The translations under genes and the position numbers were made by a program. A stretch of DNA of 64,000 nt from the NCBI GenBank assembly GCA_965285935.1, contig OZ260661.1, positions 20,026,001-20,090,000 of the forward strand. Direction: 5' to 3'. The DNA comes from Ophelia neglecta. Its lineage: Eukaryota. Below are positions 27,052 to 39,400 of this stretch, piece by piece (within the stretch, counting starts at the first letter, position 1; each line of letters begins with the position of its first letter). The notes under the pieces are model-generated. The model was not told where the DNA came from. It was given only the letters and a program-made list of their open reading frames with translations, and made no database searches.

Positions 27052-29156
27052 AATGTGCTGGTCATTGTGAATAAATTAACAATGGCGGGGCATTAAATGT
27101 GAGACGGCTCCCGGGATGTCGGGGGTTCCCCCTTATGACCAGTCGGCTTGGGGGACCCACGCGGCCAGGCGTGTCGCCTCCTCATTGGTGGGGCGGTGTG
27201 GTCAGACCTGGTCTCGCCTGAGTGGCTTGGCTGGCGGGCCTCTCCTTCGGCCGGGCTGCCTCGCCAGACCTTCCACTGACAGCGAACGACGCGGACGACG
27301 ATCTGGTTTGTGGCCGCGTTTCTGGAATTTTTAGTGCAATCCAATTACAAATTGGGAACAGTAAAAAATTATAGGTCAGCATTGGCAACGCTCTTTAAAT
27401 TGTGGGGTTATAACACCTCGGTATTTGACTCCTTTAGATGGCACTTGCTTGGCAGGGGGTTGGCAAATACGGTCCGGTCTGGAGGTATTGGCAGCCCCGG
27501 CATGACGTGGGGGGATCTGGTAAAAATCCTGAGATACTGCGCATGCAGGCCCGGTCTCTTGGTATTGCGTTTGGCGCTAATATTTTTTTCTTGGCTTCCT
27601 CAGAATTTCCAATATTTCCCCCAGGTCGGAGGAATCCTTCGACGTAACGAGAGATGTCTGCATGGGAGACGTTCACAAACAGGGCAAGGACATTCGCCTG
27701 GCTCTGAAATGGACGAAAACCATGCAGGGAGCGGGGGACGCCACGTCCGTGACTTTACCAAGGCTGGAGAACCCCTTGGTGGATCCGGTCAGGACCTGGG
27801 CACTCTACGTAAAAAATCTCGACCCTGCCACGCTCCGGGCGGACGACCCCCTGCTCCTGACGACCGGAAACAAGTCATCACATAGACCGGTCGCCCATCC
27901 ACGTCTACGGGCAATGCTCCAGGAAGCATTGCGGGCAGTAGGGCTAATCTCTCGCGGCTACACTTGGCACTCACTTCGGCGCGGTGCCGCTACGGCATCG
28001 TACCAGCTGGGTGCCACAATTCCGGATATCATGAGGCACGGCACTTGGAGATCAGGTGCAGTGGCGAGGTATTTAGGATCCCAGCCTGTAAAAATGTCCA
28101 CGGTAACTAAGGGTCTGCAAAAGCTCTCGGCGGATGTGTGCTAAGATGGTCGTAATTGTCGACCATGTCTTACTAATTTTATATGATGGTTTCTCTACAC
28201 TCTACGGATGGCGCATCCAATCCTACGAATGGCTGTATAACCACGTTTTAAACCAATGAAGTTTTATAATTTAAATAAAATGTTGCGCCATACGAGAGTG
28301 TTGTTTCTTAATAATAAATTGTTTGTAGGTTTTATTGGTTACATGCAAAAGACAGACGTATAACCCGTAGTGGTTGGCTTGTGTCAAGCTGTTATATAGT
28401 ACAGGGCTTCCAAATTCAATACTAATAAGTCAAGCAGATAATGTGCTGGTCATTGTGAATAAATTGACAATGGCGGGGCATTAAACGTGAGACGGCTCCC
28501 GGGATGTCGGGGGTTCCCCCTTATGACCAGGCGGCTTGGGGGACCCATGCGGCCAGGCGTGTCGCCTCCTCATTGGTGGGGACTCTCCTTCGGCCGGGCT
28601 GCCTCGCCAGACCTTCCACTGACAGCGAACGACGTAGACGACGATCTGGTTTGCCCTCCCCCATCCCCATTCGGCCACCCGTAGAACTTGTGGTTGCGTA
28701 TTTCGTAATAAAAGAGTGTTATCCTGTAACGGGCCTTGCCACATTCATTATGCGGATAAAGGGTACAGGTTTCGACCATATCCTGGAACCCTTAGCAGTT
28801 ATTTTATTTCAGCAGTTGCTTATATTTAGTTTTAGAACTTTTTAGTTAAGTCGCATTAGGCGGTAGTTTTAACACCTAGTACGATTGTTTCTGTAGGGAT
28901 ATTATGTACAAATTTTAAATTAACAAATTTATAATGTTAATGGGCTGTATAATGTACGTTTTAAACCAATGAAGTTTTATAATTTAAATAAAATGTTGCG
29001 CCATACGAGAGTGTTGTTTCTTAATAATAAATTGTTTTTAGGTTTTATTGGTTACATGCAAAAGACAGACGTATAACCCGTAGTGGTTGGCTTGTGTCAA
29101 GCTGTTATATAGTACAGGGCTTCCAAATTCAATACTAATAAGTCAAGCAGATAATG
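27052..29156 (+). mobile_element. Internally deleted tyrosine-recombinase retrotransposon (DIRS order; Ngaro/PAT-type split direct repeats A1-YR-B1-A2-B2)
   Basis: A1 27052-27311 matches A2 28440-28652; B1 28228-28443 matches B2 28939-29156. AATG is shared by the left end, the B1/A2 junction and the right end. A YR ORF lies inside; no gag/RT/RNase H seen. Confidence 0.85.
27310..28144 (+). pseudogene. Tyrosine recombinase, 5'-truncated, with one frameshift in the T7 run at 27583-27589
   Basis: TVKNYRSAL; after the shift FLGFLRISN (catalytic R), KWTKT, HSLRRGAAT (HxxR), RHGTWRSGAVARYL (W, Y). Confidence 0.9.
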
Positions 29157-29176
29157 AAGCATTTTATGTGAGTCTT

Positions 29177-29738
29177 ATTGTATTGCACCTGTAAGAATTA
29201 GCCTTGAATAGCTATCACACACGTGTATTATTACACCTTTGAGAATTGCCCTTAAACTGCTATCATACCTGTGTATTACACCTGTGAGAATTGCCCTTAA
29301 ACTGCTATCATACCTGTGTATTACACCTGTGAGAATTGCCCTTAAACTGCTATCATACCTGTGTATTACACCTTTGAGAATTGCCCTTAAACTGCTATCA
29401 TACATGTGTATTACACCTTTGAGAATTGCCCTTAAACTGCTATCGTACTTGTGTATTACACCTTTGAGAATTGCCCTTAAACTGCTATCATACCTGTGTA
29501 TTACACCTTTGAGAATTGCCCTTAAACTGCTATCATACCTGTGTATTGCACCTTTGAGAATTGCCCTTAAACTGCTATCATACCTGTGTATCATACCTGT
29601 GTATTGCACCTTTGAGAATTGCCCTTAAACTGCTATCATACCTGTGTATTACACCTTTGAGAATTGCCCTTAAACTGCTATCATACCTGTGTATTACACC
29701 TTTGAGAATTTCCCTTAAACTGCTATTATACCTGTATT
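29177..29738. repeat. 45-bp minisatellite, about 12 copies
   Basis: Unit acctttgagaattgcccttaaactgctatcatacctgtgtattac; one 13-bp internal slip near 29590. Confidence 0.95.
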
Positions 29739-29906
29739 AACTGCTAGTAATCATATATATATATAGGTCTGTTTACCGAGACACATTGACATGACATGAC
29801 TCGCACTTGAGATCATATCTCAAGAACTCAAATCCTGTAGTTGGGGTACAATGTTCAGTTTATAATATAACAATGTTGTATAGACATCATATTAAATACA
29901 GCTAAA

Positions 29907-31379
29907 ATGGCGGCGGTAAAGTTGACGATAATCTTTGCGGTATTGTGTTGTTTTTATTGGTCTGGACAGGCGATTAAGGTCCAGAATATTCCCAATGAAT
30001 ACATAGTTGTACTAAAGAAGTCCGGCGAGAAGTACAGAGATCATTCATTGGCAGCTATATGCAATAATCTGGTTGGAGTACATTTGATTAAAGAATACAA
30101 GATTCTTAACCGTCGAGTCGGATATATTCGAGCAGGTGTCAATGTACCGGCGTCCCTGCAATCACACCCCCTAGTGGATCACGTGGAACCAAACCAGCGC
30201 GTGCAATACGTCCTTCCGCCCCAACTGAAGACCCTGGCGCGCGTTAGCGCCAAGTCCTCCACTTCCGCTGGTTGTCTCCATACTGTCATGGGTTCTAATG
30301 GCTGGGCGCCAACTCGTACGAGCTATAGGGATAGGCCATTTTACTCCAATGATCCCTACATCTATGGTCCCAAAGACAACGGAACGGACGTGCGTATCTA
30401 CGTCTTGGATACCGGGATTGATTTGAAGCACGTGGACTTCGCTGGACGCGCCGTGTGGGGCATGGCGGGAAGTACTGTTCAGAACGAGTCCCAGACCGAC
30501 GAAAATGGACACGGAACCAATGTGGCTGGCATCGCTGGAGGTGGCAGGTTTGGCGTTGCCCAAAATGCGACTCTGGTCTCCTGCAAGGTCATTGGGTCAG
30601 ACGGGTACGCTGTGACGTCAGACATCATCCAAGCGCTCGTTTGGGTAATAGCTGACGTCAAGAAGCGAGAAGCCAAGGGTAGCAAACCTCGCGCAGTGAT
30701 CAACATGTCCCTGGGAGGTCCCGGCCGCGCGTTTGGTTTGGAGGTGGCTGTCAGAGCCGCTACCTCGTCAGGTATCCCAGTTATCATTGCGGCCGGAAAT
30801 GAGAACGATGATGCCTGCGACTATAGTCCTGCACGCATTACTTCGGCCATCACAGTCGGCGCCACAGCGTCAAACGACTCGCTAGCCTCGTTTTCAAACT
30901 ACGGACACTGTGTCGATATACTCGCACCTGGCGTAAATGTTGCCGGACCCTGGATAGACACGCCAGGTGCGCAGGCGTCTGGGTTCCCATCTCACTCCTA
31001 CTACACCAGGGTAAGCGGCACCTCACAGGCCACACCCATCGTATCTGGTATTATCGCTCGGCACCTTAGCTCAATGACAGACGCCCAATTCAAGGATTTA
31101 ATTCCCGCTACAGTCACCTCGATTATCTTGGACTCAGCTACCATTGGCAAAGTCAACTTTCCGAACCCAACGGCGTCATGGGAAACTCCAAATAGATTGG
31201 TCTACAAGGAATGTGGTGAATACAACCCTCAACCTCCCCCTACGTCATCAAACTCGTCAGCCAATGGGCGACTCAACTCTTACGAGGAAGACGACGATGA
31301 GCATGGTACAGCGTCCTCGCTCCCAGGGCTATTTACCTCGCTGATGATGATAGGATTGTGTTTCTTTGCATATAATTAG
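29907..31379 (+). CDS. Intronless subtilisin-like serine protease (S8A, proteinase K/PCSK9-like) with signal peptide, I9-like propeptide and probable GPI-anchor signal
   Basis: 490-aa ORF; triad motifs VLDTG, HGTNVAG, SGTSQATP; oxyanion AAGN; NMSLGG; hydrophobic N- and C-termini. Confidence 0.95.
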   Translation: MAAVKLTIIFAVLCCFYWSGQAIKVQNIPNEYIVVLKKSGEKYRDHSLAAICNNLVGVHLIKEYKILNRRVGYIRAGVNVPASLQSHPLVDHVEPNQRVQYVLPPQLKTLARVSAKSSTSAGCLHTVMGSNGWAPTRTSYRDRPFYSNDPYIYGPKDNGTDVRIYVLDTGIDLKHVDFAGRAVWGMAGSTVQNESQTDENGHGTNVAGIAGGGRFGVAQNATLVSCKVIGSDGYAVTSDIIQALVWVIADVKKREAKGSKPRAVINMSLGGPGRAFGLEVAVRAATSSGIPVIIAAGNENDDACDYSPARITSAITVGATASNDSLASFSNYGHCVDILAPGVNVAGPWIDTPGAQASGFPSHSYYTRVSGTSQATPIVSGIIARHLSSMTDAQFKDLIPATVTSIILDSATIGKVNFPNPTASWETPNRLVYKECGEYNPQPPPTSSNSSANGRLNSYEEDDDEHGTASSLPGLFTSLMMIGLCFFAYN

Positions 31380-32316
31380 ACATGTATTGTTCTTTTGAAA
31401 TAATATTAAACATAAATGCCGTATACAGACTAAGGAGATAGACCATTTGGGTCCAGGAGGTCAGTGTATTAAGGTTTGTTTTTGTTTTATGTATTAGTTT
31501 CATCCATTGGTCCTTTTTGTTTTTGTGATCAGTTGGTAAATTTCAGTTCTCCCATAAAACCATGTTAAAATAATGAGTACTTATACTTTTAGTTTTTATA
31601 TTCAAAAAAGGTCCGCCTAATTTTGCTGGGTATCTATTTCCGTTTTAAAGCAACATACCGCTTGTTCATGGAAAACAAACCGCTCCCCTCCCTTGATCTA
31701 TTGGTTTGTGCCGTGGTCCCCATTTTATCAGACAACATTTTAACATATGAACAATTTGCCAGTAGTACTTTCTTTATACTATTTACAAGTTCTGGGGGCG
31801 GATCTATGCTGTATACACAATTCAGTTGATTCATGTTCATACAGCGAGTGGGATTGGTGTCTCCTCCCATAAGAGGGTCTGGGCCTGAACATCCTATGGG
31901 AGGGGGCACTCTTTCAACACACTTTAAACCTGTTATACAGTAATAGGGGTCCAAACTCCAACCTCTAAATCCATTTATGTTTAATAATAAACATATTCAC
32001 ATAAATATACCAATCATATTTAAAAGTTTCTGGTTAATCGTATGTACATTGTAAAAACAGTCACAAAGTGAATTAAAGTATAATTTACGCTCAACTGTCT
32101 GTTATTTATTACATTTTTAACAATAAGTATAACATTTCACGATCGTCTGTATAAGCACGTTTTAACCTTTTGTCCCTAGTTCAAGTGAAAACATTCGACA
32201 AGGTTACTCGCAATAGTTATGTTAAACCATGTAGTTTAAAAAAAATGAAAATACGGCTCTCTTAAAACTTATTTATTATCAAATATTTTATACTTATGCC
32301 CTGAGTATCGCCTTTG

Positions 32317-32429
32317 TATTGAACACTGCTTTTCGTCCAGGCGTTCAGCCTCAGAATTGATAGTATCGCGTATATTGAACACTGCTTTTCGTCCAGGCGT
32401 TCAGCCTCAGAATTGATAGTATCGCGTAT
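32317..32429. repeat. Tandem duplication of ~56 bp
   Basis: tattgaacactgcttttcgtccaggcgttcagcctcagaattgatagtatcgcgtat occurs twice. Confidence 0.85.
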
Positions 32430-34949
32430 TCATGAATTAAACACAAATACTTGAATGGAGGGTAATAGAAGCAAACTTCCTTACTTGGACGCACATCTCA
32501 TTTTCGCGACCATTTTCCTGGTGAAAATGCCATGTTTTCCAAAAGTTAGCCTACACTAAAAGAAAAACGTTTGGTTAGAAATTGATTGTCATCTGAAAAG
32601 TGCCTCTGCTAGTAAGGCTGGTGAAATTAAATATATTCATTGTTTCCATTGCTTATTACATAGTATTATAGGTGATATCATACAAATATGTTTCCCTTCA
32701 TCATAAAAAAAAAGGTTTTAAAACATACTAATCAAAAATCATTCTTAGGAGTTACTAAATTTGCCATGTATGGTGAATTTCAGCCTGCAATATCCTGAGT
32801 TACTGTGGCTACAGTTGACTGTGTTCTATGTACCTTCATTGGGAAATGTCGCCGTAAACTCCAGACGACCAAATTAATGACGACAAGTTCATTGTGTGGT
32901 TTATTTTTCCAGGCGTTGGCTCATTGCTCCCGTTGTACATCCGGCAGTGATTATGTAAACACCTTATATACATGGCATGCAGTTCAAAATGGCCCAGTCG
33001 AATGAATAGAGATGTTCTAGAATTGCCTGTACATCAAAACACACTTTAAAAGAAGCTATAGCTGTCTGGGTTACACCCGTGGTTAAGCCGTTTGGCACAG
33101 GACCTTTTGAGGTCATCTTTCCCAGTTCCCAGGTATAGAAATGGGCATATTCCGAATAACGGATATTTACAATAATTTCATATAATGAATAAAAAGCTAA
33201 TTCCGCATCCAGATATATTGTTATATTGAATCCCTAGTAGCGGTATTTTAAGGAAACATTCTCAGGTCATGTGTACAACAAAATCTTTAATCACGTACAA
33301 CGAACCAATTTCAAAACCACGAAAAAGGTCATCTGGATCCCAGGGGCATTTGTAAGGGGCAGAGGTGTCAGGAATTGGCTAGGTTTTTATTTAATTTTAT
33401 ACTGGGAAACCTGGGATTTTTTGGGAAAACGGAAGGCGGGAAATAGGCTTCATTTGAAAGTTGTGAGATAGCGTTTTAGCAGGGAGTTCTGGGGACATTG
33501 CTCCCACAACACTCATGGTAGAGGCCGATCATCCACCCACTATAGGTGATATGTAAGTAATATAACAGGGGGTTCTGCCCACCATGCCCCCCCCCCCCCC
33601 AACCCCACTCCCCCATTCCGCACTCTCAGCCCATCCGCCACCTGCCTATATCCGCTTACTCATAAACCAGGAATCCCAACTACTTAAATCAATTGGCAGT
33701 AGTCATGAGAAAGACGAGAGTGCAGTATCACATTTGTCATGTTAACATTATATTCAAACGACATTTTGTGTATCTAACATGTTGACCGGCCGTTGTCAGG
33801 TCGCCAAGACTGGTGCCAGACGACATGGCGAAGACGGAGAAATCAGTGTCTTGGCAAACATGTCCCGGATGTCTCCCTGTGTAGGAATGTAAGGCAATAT
33901 CGGAGCCATGACTTGGGGGTATAACGTCACTCGTATGGGGGTAGGACGGGTGTTTCAATGGTCTGAGGCGTTTCTGAAGAGGGGTTGTGGTAGGAGGCCC
34001 TCATCCAGCACCCTCGGGAAGCTCCCTCTTGGTCTCCTCCGGATCCGCCTGTATAAGCGGCCATTTTAGTCGCAGGACACTGATCGCCAGGCACACCACC
34101 AACACTTATTATCGATGACATATGTGAATTATTAACAATGAATATAACTGAAAATGATTTCACATAGATTATCAACATTCACCTATAAATCAATACACTA
34201 CCAACCGAAGTTTGGTCGACGGTATGACTGCTGTTCCCTGTAATCTTGTAAGGGTTTGTTAATTGAACACAAATTATAGGCCGTAGGTGGTGGTCAAGAT
34301 GATGATAAGTAGTCATTGTAAACAGGCTAATTGCACTTTACGTACGAACACACAAGTTTAACATGAATACACAGTGATCCTCAGGCGAAAACAACGGGGG
34401 CTCTTGGTAGACTTACTGCAGTACACAGTTTATTTCTGGCAACTGTTCAACTAACTGTCCCAAGGCCCCGTTTACTGGTAACGCAACGCACAGAAAATAC
34501 ATGCGGCATCAATGGACACTTTTCTAAGGTTATTCACGAAAATCAGAGATAAGTATTTGTGCATTAACTGGGATTTTTACATACGTTTTATATACGTTTT
34601 TAGGGGGTTAAAATTATTAGTATGTTTTTCAAAAAAAAACAATGAAATCAGACACGGCAGTTTTTGCCGAGCATGTGCTTGATGAGTGAAGAACTGCATT
34701 TTAATCATTTATTACGTTTTCAGTAATTCTTCCTGTAATGACTAGTAGCTTTCTTAAAACGCATGTATCACGTGCTCACATTTTACTTTCTAGTAAAATA
34801 ATCTGCGTGGTAATAAATTAAGGTAACCAGATGACTAATATTAAGGGTATATTTAAGCTTACATTAAGAGGCAGGACGCCCAGCAAATTCTGCGCACATG
34901 AATTGTCTGTGGGGTGCTGCGGCTAACCTTGAACGTGTCGCTGTCTCAA

Positions 34950-35240
34950 ACCCCGGGGTATATATATATATATGTGCGAAATCTGTCATATATATATATA
35001 TATATAACTGAGGCCCGCCAAATCATATCTCCGCTCATGTCTGGCGAAGACAGACGACATCATATCCTCAATCTAACCGGCCGGGGACAATCGGACAGAG
35101 CCTCACACCTTCAGTCCGATCTGACCAGGGAGAAAGGAACTTGTTCGGTTCACACTTACATGAGAGGACTGCATTCTCCGACAAAGAGAAGACGTCACAA
35201 ATCCTGATTGGAAGCTGTTTCTTGGTCATATGTAGGGTAG
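34950..35240 (+). promoter_or_regulatory. Putative TATA promoter and non-coding first exon of vWA-B
   Basis: ctgtca(TA)n actgagg followed by a GC-richer leader sharing words (gacaaaga..gacgt) with the vWA-A leader; acceptor gttcag at ~36466 precedes the ATG. Confidence 0.45.
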
Positions 35241-35286
35241 GATTTGTTTTTGTTTTTGCTGGACGTCCCGTGTATACATACAAGCG

Positions 35287-35464
35287 CAGTGAAACCTGTG
35301 AATTAAGACCACCAAATAGACTTAAAAGTACTGGTCTGATTTCGGAGGTGGTCTGTTTAGACAGGTTATTTAATATTGAAAATATACAGCACAGGTCTCA
35401 TACTAGTGGTCTGAATGGACAGGTGTTATGAATATAGAGGTGGTCTTTAAGGCAGGTTTCACTG
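35287..35464. mobile_element. Tc1/mariner (pogo/Tigger-like) MITE
   Basis: TIRs cagtgaaacctg...taagaccacc / ggtggtctttaaggcaggtttcactg; TA target duplication not clean. Confidence 0.7.
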
Positions 35465-36486
35465 TTTATATAAATTACTATTTCACTTTAAAAAATACGT
35501 GCATGCTTAGATATGATTAACGTCCATTCTCCTGTGCGAAATCTGTCATGTTTAATGATGGAAGAAAATGTATTTCAGTGCAACCACCAACTTGAGAAAT
35601 TAAATCGCTAACGTCGCCATTAATTCATTCTTCAATGAATAATAACTCTCTTTTAAGCCATCGACATTTGATACATTATCTCTAATAGCAATTGACGTAG
35701 AAAACCATACATTCATTGCGAAATCTTACTTTCGGATCTACAAGGGGGAAACTCGCGGTTCAATGTCCCATTATCTTAGCTCACATAGCTCCTGGGAGCT
35801 TTCTAACGGTGTGTAAGGCGCGGTTTAGTCAATTGGTAGGCGCGGAGCTTAACCGCAAGACCCCCCCCCCCCCCTTCTACGGGAAAAAGTAAATAAACAC
35901 ATGAATAATGAATATAATATGAAATTAATAATGTGAGGCGATTCTTAATGAAGGAGTGGTAGGCGCTTGGATAACCTCAAGGGGAAGAGTGACCCATTAA
36001 TAATGATGATAATAAATTATTTAATAAAGGGCCCCCTGGTCTGCAGAAATGTTCAAGCAATTAACAGTTTGACAATAAGAATACTGTCTAGTTAAGATTA
36101 AACAAGAATAATAGAACTAATTAAAATGAAAATAAAGACAAGGAATAAAATTCAGCTCGGGTTACGCTAAATCTAATCAACTCTAAAATAACTTGTCTAA
36201 AGACTTCAAATTATTTAAATGACAAGCTAGGGAGTCTTAAAAAGACTGCTGCCGCGCAAAGGAGCTATGACATAGACACCTTCGCCATGATATCTGACCA
36301 TCATGGTTTTCTCGAGAACACTTCACCCGCCAGCTAGTGTAATTAGCACACATACTTGAGAACCGTTCTTTTATCTCACCTATAGTACACAAATATGTAT
36401 TTTTATTGTTTGTTTTTCATGCTGCCATTCTGAACACCAGTTCATCACCTGTATTACACTGTTCAGGTTCTGACACCACTATTAAG

Positions 36487-39400
36487 ATGTATTTCTTGCC
36501 TGTGATGGTGACAGCCGTGCTTACGGCGACGGCCTTGGCACAGGCCCAGAACACAGGTAAGTCATAATGGCTTTGTGTATATTATCATGTGTTCATTTAT
36601 TATGATTTATGTTATTATATACAAGACCCAGCGCCTGGCAGCCATACAACAAGCAGTCAGGCGTGAATAGTAAATACCGCTAACGTGGCGGATTCAGAGG
36701 GAGGAGGGGGGGGGGATGAACGACGCAATATACCTCGAATATTTCTTCTCGACGGCAACTGCATGCGAGCGGGAATAACCCATTGTGCACCCCCCTCCCC
36801 CACATAAACACACACTGGATAGCTGATACCGTATATGACCTATCCACTCAAGATATTTTGTGAACCGCTGAATCCGTCCTTCTTTGCCTACCGTGAGAAA
36901 TATTATGGGCCGTTCAGCTCTAGCCATAACCTCTTCTGTCGACCCCTGGCGGTATGCCCGTGTACTAGACCGAGACCGATAACCAGCCTCGATCGCAGTG
37001 TAGACTGCTACCCTGCTAACAGATGCTTTATTTTCACCGATACCCTGCTACCTGGCGGAATATAGTAAGCCCCAGTACACTGCACATGGTGCGTGGTAAC
37101 GCAGCTAGTCTCAAAGGAAGGATAGGCATTTTGTCAATTAAAGAACCCCCTTTCCTTTCAAACATGGGGGCTATATCAGGCCTGCCCGTCCTCTAGCAGT
37201 GACCCCGCATTCAAGAATTTCTTCCATTCCCCCGTCCGGTATGGTAATTAACCCCTTTACTACCTAAATTATTTATATATTTCCATATATTTTTCTATTC
37301 AAAAGATCGGCATATTGTCCCAAATTATATGTCAAGCATGCAAATTAAAAACAACTCCGTTGGCGCATCTCCGAAAATAATTACTTCAATCTTACCTACT
37401 ATCAATATACAGACTATCCAATCCCGAATTCCTTAAGCTTGACAATCCTTATTCCGAAGAAAATGCAGGACAATGTACGCTATAACAATGGGTGTCCAAG
37501 CCCAAAAGTAGCATACAAGACTAGCATTGCCGTGACCTACAAGTTTAGAATCAGTTACATGGGGATATCTGTATATAACTGCTAAGAATATCGAAAATCT
37601 ACTTTCTAACACGCTAGTTACATGCAATGCTGTTTAGTATGGTCGCTTTAAATAATAACTTCTCCTAAACAAAAGCGTTGTTTCCACGCCACGAGTTGCA
37701 TAGCTCCAATCGCGTCATACTCTGGTCGATATGATACCGTATATTTGGTCGTCATGATACCGAAAATACGTCACAATGCATTTTCAAAATACAACAGCAT
37801 CAAGAGGCATACTGAATTCGGCGCTGCCCTGTCAGCGCGGCGCTACGCAAGAACAATGTAATACCCATTTATAGTGTTTAAAAAGATTGCACATCTTTCT
37901 TGAATCTTGATTGTTGATAAATGACATAAGAGGGTCTTATTTCATCTCTCTTATTTCAACCAAAATTCACCTAACCAAAGCTGGGGCCGGTTGCCTTTCT
38001 TCCTCTGAGGCGTTCAACCCCCAAAATATGCTTGTTACATTCTCCTCTTAGCTTTCCAATTATCTGCCTGTTTCCATCGTTATTGTATGAATTGTCTTTT
38101 CATCAGTATAATAACAATTATATTTTCACTGGAGCCAAGAATAAATGATTCCAGAATAAATCGTTTAAACATTTCAGTCTGCCCGATAGACTTGGTGTTC
38201 CTACTGGACAGATCAGGGAGTATCTGCGACTCTGACCCGAGCTTCACAGTAAATAGCTGGGCCACCTGTGACAACTGGGACCGGATGAAGGAATTTGTTG
38301 TTAATTTCATTCAGGGCATTGAGATAGGTCGTGGTGACACCAGCGCCCAGGTGTCTTTGGTGACCTTTGGCAGCTTCATCAATGTCCATTGGGAATTAAA
38401 CACGTATGGTTTTAAATCTAATTTGGGAAATAATGTACAAAACGTTTAACTACCTATATATAAATATATATATTGTTACGATATGCATAATTAATTGTTG
38501 TGGCTTTATGCCAATATCTATTGATGAATATTTGCAAACATTCGGCTCTTTCAAGCCCTGATGTTTATTTTAGTTACACTGACAAAAGCAGCTTAACTGA
38601 CGCCGTTCGAAGATTACAATACACCAGGGGACAACACACACACATGGCGGACGCTCTCGATACAGTCCGCCAACAGGTAAAACATAAAATTGTCGTCTAT
38701 GTTAATAGGATTACTGTTTAAGATTCAGAGCTATCTGAAAAATTAACTTGGGGTTCAAAACCTTTCTTAATACTTAATATACTATTTACAGAGCGCTGCT
38801 TACGTCGTAAGTGAGCGCAAGAACGTTCTACATTATCATAAAGGAAATGTGCTACACATAAAACCGCTATTGAAATTGAATGAAACATACACAAACATGA
38901 TTTAAAAAACATAGAAATAAAACCAATCAGCAATCAGCCACTAAAAGCGAGCTTGAAGAAATTGGTCTTCAAGCCTGGATTTATAGGCTTCAAGTGACTT
39001 GACAGATATCAGGATGCTTGCCAATTGGCTCTGAAACTTAGTACTATTTGTTGAGAATGCTTTATGACCAGCCTTTTTTAACTTTGGCTTTCTCCGGAAA
39101 GAGTTAAGAAACAAGTAACTGTCATTGCACACTGATCCAAGTATGAAGCCACAGATGTAGTTTATAGAATGATATGCATATAAATTGGCCATTTAGAGCA
39201 GCAGTCTCCCTAACAATGGAAAGAACGAAAGCTAGGATTGAACCAATATGGATTTGAGAATAATATATAAAAGGGGATATCATTAGTTATTTTGACACGT
39301 GAGGGGGGTTGACCAATTATACTCTCCCTCATTTTTACATACATACTATAGTCATTGTATAACTTTTTGCCTATCTGTAACCAGGTATTTGGCGGTTGGC

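Noticed and set aside
27160-27300. Definite HDV-like ribozyme
   Set aside because: P1' does not directly follow P3' and no consistent P1.1 can be formed; kept only as a speculative structured-RNA finding.
27310-28144. Phage integrase, bacterial contamination or Crypton
   Set aside because: Split direct repeats and YR motifs fit a DIRS-order retroelement; flanks are continuous with intron-containing animal genes.
29175-29628. 144-aa and 129-aa repeat ORFs, or a CRISPR-like array beside a recombinase
   Set aside because: The ORFs are by-products of a 45-bp unit lacking stops in some frames, and the register breaks at the 13-bp slip; there are no spacers.
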